Source: Ptychomitrium polyphyllum (taxonomy: Eukaryota). From it: DNA of 64,000 bases. The stretch covers positions 19,654,001 through 19,718,000 of the forward strand of contig OZ316775.1 of assembly GCA_973851085.1 (NCBI GenBank), in the 5' to 3' direction. Numbering within the stretch: the first letter of the stretch is position 1; each line of letters opens with the position of its first letter. The position numbers were made by a program, and so were the translations under genes. This document shows positions 27,280 to 38,800 of this stretch, piece by piece. The notes under the pieces are model-generated. The model was not told the origin of the DNA. It searched no databases and was given only the letters and a program-made list of their open reading frames with translations.

Positions 27280-30200
27280 GGAACTTGTACTTTGCACTAA
27301 GACCTCTAATGTAACATAATATTGTTTTATCTCCTACCTTGGACCATCAAGAGTGCCTGCAATGTTAATTACTATATTGGAAGTGAAAGAGCCACTGTAG
27401 AATTTTGAATTGTAGAACTAAGATAGAACAGTCTGGGATCACCAGCTTTGTAAATTCCCAGTTGTAAGATAATGAATACAACTCTAAACCCACTAGAGAT
27501 GGAGTGTGGTGGAAAATGGGTGAACAAGGAGTGGTTTACAATTCAAGCTTGATTGGTGTTCTTTAATTCAAGCTTGGACAATTTTGAATTGTAGAATTTC
27601 TGCTTCTTCTTTCTTGTGTCCATAAACCGTTTGGCAAGACTATTTTTCATCTTTGTCATAGCTAAGGTTTTTCGAAGAAGATTGTAAATTACCCATCTTC
27701 TTTAGGATTCTATAGCGTCTTAGAGGTTGCGGATTGCCCTCTTCTAAGCTGGCACCATAGAGTTGGTTTCTCCTTCTAGAATTAAGTATTACTTCTTTCA
27801 AAAGACGTGGATTTGCCTCCTTTGAAGGTACTCATAGTCTTTCTGTCTTAGAGAGTCTTAAGAAATGAATAACGTGCCTGGAATATCAGAGAATAGGTTT
27901 GCAACTATTGCAGACCTCCAAGAATTATTAAACACAGTTCGAACAAAACTTGCCCGTTTTAATACCACCAACAATTTGGAGCAACACACCCGACAAGCTG
28001 AAGAATCCAATGGTGATATTCAAAGCCTATATCAAAATGATGTTGGATGACAAGAGACCAATATTAAAAGAGAAGATTTATGATGCAACCATGCAAAGCC
28101 AAAGATGAGCATGCTAGACAAGTTTGATGAATCAAGGTCAAAATTGAGAGGCTTTGTTCAACAAGTAAGACTCTTCTTTAGTTTGCATCAATTTTGCTAT
28201 TCTCATGGCACAACTCAAGTGGGATTTGTGGCCACTCTTTCATCAAACAATGCACTATCGTGGTTTGTATCATTAATGGAGAAGCATTCATCACTATTGA
28301 ACAATTTTGATGCTTTTATAGAAGCACTAACATCTACTTCTGGAGACACCAACCGAGAGAGGGTGGCTGAGACAAGGATCTAGAGTCTCCAACAAAGACA
28401 GCGCTCAGCTGCTACATATGCTGCAGAGTTTCGGCAATTAGCTTGCGACCTTGATTGGAATGATAAAGCCTTGGTCACACAATTTCGATGGGGCTTAAGA
28501 GAGAATGTGAAGGACTTGCTACTCATAATGCCAAGAGTTGAAACATTAGATGAATTCATCACTCAAGCAATAGCATGTGACAACAAACTATTTGAGAGGC
28601 GCCAAGAACAACGCTTGGGATGGCGACCAGTACATCAAAGCATGGCTAGTACTTCTTCAAGAATATTGGAAAGCCGACCATAAAGACCAGAACCTATGCA
28701 AATTGATGCTGCCCAGTTCAAACGTTTGACTCTAGAAGAAAAAAAAAAGTGTTGAAGAGAAAATCTATGTTTGTATTGTGACAAGTCTGGACATAAAGTG
28801 CACGATTGCCAAATCAAAGGATCTGCCTTTAAGGCTCAGAGCACAATGGTGGAGTTGGAAAATGAGGCTGTCCAGTCACAGTAGGGACCATGCGACTGGA
28901 CACCACAAGGAAACCACCATCAAATCAAGGTCTCTTACTACCTTCAAGCCCTACCTCTTGTTTTACATTTCCTATCAAAATTAAATTATTAGATGATGAA
29001 ATAGTTAGTGAGGCTCTCTTAGACACTGGTGCAACGGCATAATTTATAGACAAGGATTTTGCAACCAAACATCACATGGTGTTTGTGAAAAAAATATATC
29101 CCACACCTGTTGAATTTATTGATAGACGATATGTTGCGTCTCGCAACGTTATTGAAGAAACTCAACCCTTAGAGGATGTTTTAGGAGACCAGGCATCTAA
29201 AATTGTCTTCAACATCATTCAATGCCAAATAAATCCTATTGTTATAAGTCTTCCTTGGTTTGAATTACATAATTCACACACTGATTGGCGCTCATGAAGT
29301 GTGGCCTCAAAGAAACAACGCCAAGGTATGAGAAATCTTGGACCATCATTTATTGGAACTAAGGCATTCATGAGAGCGGCAAATGATGAAGCAATCTATG
29401 CCATTTATGCCACGCCAATGTCTAGCTCTATAATAGAGACTAATCAAAATATACCTCGTCAATATCAAGATTATAAAGACGTTTTTGAAAAGAAGAATGC
29501 AGTCATATTATAAAAGCACCGGCCTTACGATTGTACCATAGAGTTGCAAGAAGGAGCCCAAGCACCTTTTGGACCTATTTATAACTTATCACAAACCGAG
29601 TTGACTGCCTTGAGAGAATATATTGATCAAATTCTTGGAAAGGATTTCATTCAACATTCTAAATCACTGGCTAAAGCATCCATTCTATTTGTAAAGAAGA
29701 AAGATGGATCATTACGTATGTGCGTGGACTATCGAGGTCTCAATAAAGTAACAAAAAAGAATCGCTATTCATTACCATTAATTTAAAGACACCTACAACA
29801 ATTTGGCCAAACAAAAATATTTACCAAAATTGATCTTAGAGGAGCCTACAATCTTGTATGCATCAAAGAAAGAGACGAATGGAAGACAACTTTTCGATCT
29901 AGGTATGGTCATTTTGAATACAATGTCATGCCTTTTGGCCTTACTAATGCCCTCGCAATCTTCTAACATATGATAAATGATATCTTCTATGAACATTTGG
30001 AGAAAATTTATAATCATCTACTTGGATGACATTTTAATATATTCAAAGGATAAGCAACACTTCAATTGTCATGTGCAATTAATCTTAAAAAAACTAAGCC
30101 AACGAGGATTGTATGCCAAATTGGAGAAGTGCCTTTTCCTTGAATCCTCGGTTGAATTTTTAGGCTATATCATTTCCAAAGGAGGAATCCATATGGATAA

Positions 30201-32272
30201 GAAGAAAATAAGCACTGTCATGTAGTGGAGTACGCCAAGATCAATTCAAGATGTTCAATGCTTTTTGGGATTTGCAAACTTTTACAAGATATTCATCAAG
30301 AATTATTCCAAGATTGCGATACCATTGACACGTCTTATGGGGAAGCAAAAGTTCATTTGGGATGAAGAGGCGGAAAAAACATTTCAAAGTTTTAAGAAGT
30401 CATTCACGTCGGCTCCAATTCTTATTCATCCAAATCCGTCAAAGCCTTTTTATTTGGAAGCAGATGCCTCAGATTTTGCGCTTGGCTCAGTACTCTCACA
30501 ACATGATGAAGACGGGAGACTTCACCCTCTCGCCTTTCGTTCAAGGAAGTTCTCAGCGGCAGAGATCAATTATGATATACAAAATAAAGAACTACTTGCA
30601 ATTGTAGATGCGTTTGAAGAATGGTGACACTTATTGGAAGGAGCTCAACATACTATCACGATATACACAGACTACAAGAACTTAGAGTATTTCATGAGTG
30701 CGCTCGTTTTGAATCGTCGTCAAGCAAAGTGGAAGATGTCGCTTTCCAGATTTGATTGATTTTGTCATTACCTATCGATCTGGTAGCTTGCAAGGTAAGT
30801 CAGATGCCTTATCTCAAAGGTCTTATTTAGCTCCTCAACCTAGAGATGATGTTTTGGATCAATAAAGGACTATTTTATTGAAGTCAGAGAATCTTCAATT
30901 GAAAGCAACAATTATAATGACAACATCCCATCTTGTTGAAATTTGGAAGGCTTTGAAGAATGATGTCTTTGTTTCAAATATAATGAAGCGCCTCAAAAAC
31001 AATGGAAATCCTTCAAATAGCTATGGCGACTTTGAATTCCAAGAGGGTCTACTTTATTATAAAGGAATTTTTTACCTACCTGTAGGCCCTTTGCGGTTGA
31101 AGATCTTTCAAGCACATCATGATTTTCTAGCAGCAAGACATTTTGGATTCAATAAAACAATGGAGTTGATTGGTAGAGACTATTGGTGGCCACAAATGTG
31201 GAAGTACGTAAAAGATTTTGTTAGATTATGCGACACTTGTGCAAGAGTCAAGGTACCAAGGCACCAACCTCATGGTCTCCTCTATCCGCTTCCAGTGCCA
31301 AAGGGCCCATGGTTGTCTTTATCAATGGATTTTATCACGGACCTTCCAAACTCTGATTCGAAAGATTCTATTTTTGTAGTGGTAGATCGATTTACCAAAA
31401 TGGCACATTTCATTCCATGCAAGAAGACGGTAACGGGAGAAGAAACTGCCAAGTTGTTCCTAAATCACGTCTACCGCATACATGGACTACCAGATGATAT
31501 TCTATCCGATCGGGGGCCGCAGTTCATTTCCAACTTTTGGAAGGCTCTACTCTAGCTATTGCATGTAAAGATCAACCTTTCTTCAGCCAACCATCTGCAA
31601 GTTGATGGCCAAGTTGAATGAATAAATCAAATTTTGGAGCAATATAATTGTTATAGAATTAATCAGCATCAAGTCAACTGGATGGATCTCATGCCTTTGG
31701 CAAATTTTGCTTACAACAATACGGTGCATTTTTCAACAACTCAAAATTCATTCTTTGCAAAATTTGGCCATCATCCTCGAGCAGATCCATTTCAAGTGAA
31801 GCATGTTGGAAGTCTTGCAGTAGAGGATTTTGCAACTCCACTTGTGAAAATCCATCAAGAATATACTTTCCAATTACAACAAGCTCAAGATCGTTATAAA
31901 ACTTATGTAGAGTTCTGTTAAAATGACCATCCAAAGTTCAAGGTTGGAGATAGCGCATGGCCTCCACAATAAAATATTTAAACAAAAAGACCAACAAAGA
32001 AGTTGGACTATCAAAGGTTGGGACCGTTTGAACTCAGCAAACAGATAAATTTAGTTAATTATTGCCTAAAGCTACCACCATGTATGCAAATTTATTCACT
32101 ATTCCACGTATTATTGTTTGAAATCTATAATAAGTCATGTATACCAAAGAGGACTATTCCTCCGCCTCCTCCGCTGGAAATCAATAATGAAATTGAATAC
32201 GAAGTGGAAGAGATTTTAGATTCACGCATCAAGAATGGATGTATAGAGTATTTTATATATTGACAAGGATAT

Positions 32273-33428
32273 TGTTGCGCACCTCTCCTTGAAGAGTGCC
32301 CGCAACACTAAGGGCACAAGGGGGACTCCGAAGTGACGTCCAGGACTTGTGGTGCCGATAGTGAGGAGAACCAAGTGGGCCTAGCGTGGAAAGGACCCCT
32401 AGGGGGAGAAACATCCTTACCCATGTAGATCGAAGGCCACAAGGGATAGATCGTGGGCATTAGAGGAATCACAAAGAGTTGATTCTAGAATGCTAAAGAT
32501 TGCCCAAATCGGACAAGAGAGCTAAAAATTATGGCATTTCAAAGTTGGGGTTGCCAAGGGGCTGTTCTGGACTGTGGCAGCCCTACACAGTGACTGTACT
32601 GGAGTGGGACGGTCCAGGGAGGGACTCCCCGGGAGTCCTGAACCTAGGGAGAGGCGTATCTCCCACAATACTAACTCAAATTGGACGTTTGAGGAGTCTA
32701 TCGGCATCTACACAAAGAGTGGATGACGATAGAGTGGTTGCTTAATACATTCGGGCACCGGATGAAGAAGATATGGCTCCCTGAAGGTCTGCTGGGAGTC
32801 CTAGAGGCTTCCAGCGGCTAAGTTCCAAGGGAGATCGGGTGGTCTTCCAAAACTCTAGGTGTGTCGGGGTTCAGCCAGCTACAGAGGGCCAAGGGGCCTG
32901 CCAAATTCCACAGAGAGTACTATAAGGGAGGGCTGGTCTTCCTCCCCACCCCCCTAGTGTCCCGGTAGAGACCAAGGGTGAGTCCCGGTTGGTGGAGCTA
33001 CTGTTGGGGCTTCACCATGGGGACTCGCATACCATTGTGAGCCGGTGGACGGCCGGTGGACGGCCGGTTTTACGGAGGGAACTAGCACGTTCAAAAGGGT
33101 ACGCTTGTTACCACTAAGTTGGGGTGGTGTCTTCACGCCGGCACCATGATGGCCCGGGGTGATCTTTGGATCACATGGGGATCATGAGTGGTGGTGAGGA
33201 GATACCATTAAGTGCGGTTAGGCCGTGTGGAATGGGAGTAACACTAAGTGAGGCCTTGGACATGAATGGAAGTCTGCACCTAACCATTGGCTACTAATAA
33301 ATTGGGTGTCCTAAGAGAAATGGTTGAAAGACTTGGAAAGTGAGAATGGATGTTAATCATGTGCATGTGGGGGTGTACAAGGTTGACGCGCGTGACGCTT
33401 GATAAGGTGCATTAGAAGGGTTGCGACA
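32273..33428. mobile_element. 1156-bp solo LTR of a different, GC-rich family inserted in the chromodomain of element A
   Basis: TGTTGC...GCGACA termini. Perfect 5-bp TSD GATAT (32268-32272 / 33429-33433). The chromodomain frame QGY|SINGKIWEP resumes afterwards. Confidence 0.88.
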
Positions 33429-34189
33429 GATATAGTATCAATGGCAAAATATGGGAACCGTCAATGAATGTAACAAATGCATCCGAGAAGGCATGCAAAT
33501 TTCATCAAATATTTCTTCAGAAACTAGGTTAGTGATGATGTGTCAGCAATAGCCGTTAGCTTCACATAGAATTTTTTCCTTCATAAACAAGTCTAAGAAG
33601 GAATGAGAGATATCCAAAACCTCTAATCGTATGGAGCATTGTTTCCAAGATAAATCATTTCTAAATCCTAGCTAACATGTCAAATCTTTGTGTTATCATG
33701 GATATGCGTGAAGAGCAGTCGGCCATGCCTTCATCAACAATAGCATCTGTTAAGCCAATTCAACTTTCTCAGCCTTCGGTAACGGAGGATCTAAGCCAAG
33801 ATATGAAAAAGACATTCCAACGTCAAGTACGACTTCGTGCAGAAGAATTGGCTACTCGCGCTTCACATTCCAGTCTTGATTCAAATGCTTACGCTCTAGT
33901 CATTTTGTTAGAAATTGGAAGAGTCACTCTTGAAGGACCTGAGATCTTGTTTGGAGGATGTTTTGAAGGGTTTAATCAAGATCAAATCTCGGGATAGGAA
34001 AATTGAACAATAGAAGTCTTGGCTGTGGTCATCGGCATTTTTTACAATGACCAGTTGAACCAGTGGACAGAAAACAACGAGCAAAATATGTTGCTTCACT
34101 TCTTTGACAAATTTTGGAATTTGTAGAAATGTGACAAGCAAATCAAGAAAAGAATTCATTATGGGACTTGTCGCTAAATTGGGAGGTGA

Positions 34190-34741
34190 TGTTACGGACA
34201 TAGATCATGCAACATAGTCGTTAGAACAATCTAGAACCTTTTAGTATATTATAGTAGCTTCTTAGAATACTTTTAAATGTCTCCATAGCCTTTCCATGTT
34301 CTTAGGAAGCTTCCTAGGAAAGTTCTACCATCTTAGGAAACTTTCTAGAAAGGTTTTATCATCTTAGGTAACGTCTTAGAAATCTTCCTAGAAAGATTTC
34401 ACTTCTTTAAGTTACTTCCTAAGAAGATTCCGCTACCTTAGGAAACTTCCAAAGAAGATTTAAGTTCCTTGGAAGCTTCTTTGGAAGGTTCCCTAAACTT
34501 CCAGAACATTCTTAAGCCTTGTAGGAAGCTTCTTTAGAAGTATCCTATGAGATACAAACGTCATAGTATAAATAGGAGGCAAGACAAGGTATTATTTAGT
34601 CTTGCCAACACAAGTTGTAGATCATCTTGAATCCTGCCTTGTTCAAGTTTTTGTATCAAGTTCTTGTTAGTCATTAACTCTTTGGGAGCTAATTCTTAGG
34701 AAACACTTCGTTTTCGCTTCTTGTTTCTTGTGTCCATAACA
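34190..34741 (+). repeat. 3' LTR of element A (552 bp)
   Basis: TG...CA termini, follows the PPT, TATAAATA at 34567, internal ~30-bp subrepeats. Confidence 0.9.
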
Positions 34742-34754
34742 ACTACGACAACGC

Positions 34755-35106
34755 TTGTGTTTTTTAAGTCAGTTTTTAAAAGGCATCCCATAAAGCTTAA
34801 GTATATTTTTAAAGTCTAGTCTATAAAACTTTTTAAAAATAAGTTCCAAAGAGGTCGAACTTTTCAAATAATTTTTCTAAAGAAGTAGAACTTTCTTATG
34901 AAGTTTTTCAAAGAGATGAAATTTTTTTAAGACAATTTATAAGAACTCTTCAAAGAATTTTTAAGAAATTGGAACTTTCTTAAAAAAAAACTTAAAGTAG
35001 TAGAACGGCTATAGAAAGGTTGAAGATTTTTCAAAAATGTACCACAATGTACCAAAAGATTTTAGTAGATTCTTAAGACTATGTTGTATGATTTATGTCT
35101 GTAACA
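34755..35106 (-). repeat. Degenerate LTR fragment of the same family, inverted
   Basis: Ends in ...ATGTCTGTAACA, the reverse complement of the LTR 5' terminus; AT-drifted. Confidence 0.7.
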
Positions 35107-35899
35107 CATACTAGAAGTTTTTGAAAAGGTTCTTAGAAAGTTTAAAAAGGACAAAGAAGCTTCTAAAGAATTTACTTTGGCTAAATAAGCTTCCAAGGAA
35201 GCAATTTAAAGTTGCTTGAATACAAAGTATTGTATTAAAAGCTTCTCAAAAAACTTCTAAGACTTATAGTCCTAATATATTTAAAAATTGAGGCTAAAGA
35301 AATCTTCAATATCAATATTGCATCTATTGTGGTCTAGCTCGAACTTCTTAGCACAATCTCTATACCTTGTTACACTTCTATGCTTCTAATATACCTTGTA
35401 AACACCTTATTTCATATTTTGGAGTCTTGAAGTCTTTCCTTGACGTTACTTTCTTTATAAAAATTTGTCAAAATTGTCATATAATAGCATTAAAGTTTGG
35501 TCATTCTTGATAGAAAGTGTATTACCTTCTTCTTCAAAGTACTATAGTGTTTTAGAAGTTGCCAATTACCTTCCTTTGGATTGATATTGTCTCATAAATT
35601 TTCCTTAGTTTTTTGTCTACTTAACAGTTTTTATTTAATTTTATTTCATTTCCATGCCAAGTGTTAAATAAGTCAATATAACAAATTCAAAAGAAGTCAA
35701 ATTATATTCAATTGTAAATACCTTTGATGCATTGAAGATTAAAATCAAGGCTTTATTTGAGCAAAATGAAGAACTTTTATATAACCATACATAATGATCA
35801 AAGAGTAGAAATACTTGAGTTGTTATTTTAAGTCACCCTCAATATTCCATTGCTTAAACTTGTTTTTATAGTAGACGTACAAATTCAAACTAGCAATTC

Positions 35900-38800
35900 A
35901 ATTTCAATACCAAAAGAACCAAAAACTAGCCTTCTAAAAAAATTTAACAATTTGCATTTAAAATTTTGAAGCTTATTGAATCAAATTCAATTCATTATAA
36001 TGTTCCAACCTTTGATGATATTCTACAAATGTTTCATGCGTTGCTTTGATAGCAACATTGCTCTTAAGACAAGCATTGTCTTGATATATGTTAAAAACAC
36101 AAAAAACAAGAAGCAGAAACGAAGTGTTTTCCAAGAATTAGCTTCCAAAGAGGTAATGATTAACAAGAACTCAATACAAAGCCTTGAACAAGGCAGGATT
36201 CAAGATGATCCACAACTTTTGTTGGCAAGACTAAGGAATACCTTGTCTTGCCTCTTATTTATACTATGACGCTTGTATCTCCTAGGATACTTCCAAAGAA
36301 GCTTCCTACAAGCCTTAAGAACGTTCTGGGAGTTTTAAGAACCTTCCTAAGAAGTTTCCTAAGATATTGGAATCTTTCTAGAAAGTCTTCTAAGGTGGAG
36401 GAACTTTCCTAGGAAGTTTTCTAAGAACATGGAAATGCTATGGAGACATCTAAAAGTATTCTAAGAAGCTATTATAGTATACTAGAAGGTTCTAGAATGT
36501 TCTAAGGACTATGTTGCATGATCTATGTCCGTGACATCACCTCCCCATTTAGCGACAACTCCCATGAGGAGCTCTTTTCTTAGCTTGCTTGTCACATTTC
36601 TACAAATTCCAAAATTTGTCAAAGGAGTGAAACAACATATTCTGCTTGTTGTTCTTTGTTCACTAGTTCAACTAGTCCTTGCAAGAAATGCCGATGACCA
36701 CCAGTCAAGACTTCTGTTGTTGAAATGTCCCATCTCAAGATTTAATCTTGATTAAGTCCTTCAAAACATCCTCCAAACAAGATTTTGGATCTTCTAAGAG
36801 TGACTCTTCCAATTTCTAACAAGATGACTAGAGTGCGAGCATCTGAATGAAGACTGGAATGTGGAGGGCGACTAGTCAATACTTCTGTACGAGGTCGTAC
36901 TTGACGTTGGGATGTCCCTCTCATATCATGACTTAGATCCTCCGTTACCAAGGGCTGAGAAAGTTGTGTTGGCTCAACACATATTGTTGTTGATGAAGGC
37001 ATGGCCGACTGCTCTTCACGCATATCCATGATAACACGAAGATTTGACATACTAGCTAGGATCTGGAAATGATTTATCTTGGAAATAATGCTGCATACAA
37101 TTGGAGGTTTGGATATCTCTCCTCCCTTCTTATACTTGTCTATGAAGGAAAAACTTCTCTGTAAAGCTAATGGCTGCTGATGATACATCATCATTGACCT
37201 GGTTTCTGAGGATATCTTTGATGAAATTTGCATACCTTCTCGGATGCATTTGTTACATTCGTTGAAGGTTCCCATGTTCGGTCATTGATGCCATATCCTT
37301 GCCAATGTATAAAATACTCTACACGTTTATTCTTGATGCGTGAATCTAAGATCTCTTCCATTTCATATTCAATTTCATTATTGATTTTTAATGGAGGAGG
37401 CGGAGAGACAATTTTCTCTGGTATCTATGATTTGTTATAAGTTTCCAACAATGATACGTGGAATACTGGATGAATTTGCATGCTTGGTGGTAGCTTTAGG
37501 CGATAACTAACCAAATATATTTGTTTGTTGATTTTAAACGGTCCCAGCCTTTGATAGACCAACTTCTTTGATGGTCTTTTTGTCTGTATATTTTGTCGCG
37601 GGAGCAATACGTTATCTCCAACCTTGAACTTTGGATGGTCCTTTCGATGGCAATCTACATAAGTTTTGTAACGACCTTGAACTTGTTGTAACTGGAAGGT
37701 AATTTCTTGATGTATTTTAGCAAGTTGAATTGTAAAATCCTCTGCTGCAGGACTTCCAACATGCTTCACTTGAAATGGATCCGTTCAAGGATGATGGCCA
37801 TAGTTTGCAAAGATTGGACTTTGAGTTGTTGAAGAATGCATCGTATTGTTGTAAACAAATTTTGCCAAAGGCAAGAGGTCCATCCAGTTGTCTTGCTGGT
37901 AGTTTATGCTACAACAAAGGTACTGCTCCAAAATTTGATTTACATGTTCAATTTCGCCATCAATCGTGTACAATACCCTCGTTCGGATAGAATATCATCT
38001 GGTAGTCCATGTATGCGGTAGACGTGATTTAGGAACAACTTGGCAGTTTCTTCTCCCGTTACCGTCTTCTTGCATGGAATGAAATGTGCCATTTTGGTAA
38101 ATCGATCTACCACTACAAAAATAGAATCTTTCGAATCAGAGTTTGGAAGGTCCGTGATAAAATCCATTGATAAAGACAACCATGGGCCCTTTGGCACTGG
38201 AAGCGGATAGAGGAGACCATGAGGTTGGTGCCTTGGTACCTTGACTCTTGCACAAGTGTCGCATAATCTAACAAAATCTTTTACGTACTTCCACATTTGT
38301 GGCCACCAATAGTCTCTACCAATCAACTCCATTGTTTTATTGAATCCAAAATGTCTTGCTGCTAGAAAATCATGATGTGCTTGAAAGATCTTCAACCGCA
38401 AAGGGCCTACAGGTAGGTAAAAAATTCCTTTATAATAAAGTAGACCCTCTTGGAATTCAAAGTCGCCATAGCTATTTGAAGGATTTCCATTGTTTTTGAG
38501 GCGCTTCATTATATTTGAAACAAAGACATCATTCTTCAAAGCCTTCCAAATTTCAACAAGATGGGATGTTGTCATTATAATTGTTGCTTTCAATTGAAGA
38601 TTCTCTGACTTCAATAAAATAGTCCTTTATTGATCCAAAACATCATCTCTAGGTTGAGGAGCTAAATAAGACCTTTGAGATAAGGCATCTGACTTACCTT
38701 GCAAGCTACCAGATCGATAGGTAATGACAAAATCAATCAAATCTGGAAAGCGACATCTTCCACTTTGCTTGACGACGATTCAAAACGAGCGCACTCATGA

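Larger units (their letters stand above)
27597..34741 (+). mobile_element. Gypsy chromovirus LTR retrotransposon A (degenerate; 5' LTR truncated or atypical)
   Basis: Gag with CX2CX4HX4C knuckle (~28768-28809), protease LLDTGA (~29015), RT YLDD, RNase H DASD, integrase HHCC and core, chromodomain, PPT GGGAGGTGA 34181-34189, 3' LTR. Many stops and frameshifts. Confidence 0.93.

Noticed and set aside
26989..27319. ORFs with SLFR/HFSG repeats
   Set aside because: Translation of the 12-bp tandem repeat.
31510..37982. Inversion of the spacer between the identical arms
   Set aside because: Element C gag remains colinear across both ends of B.
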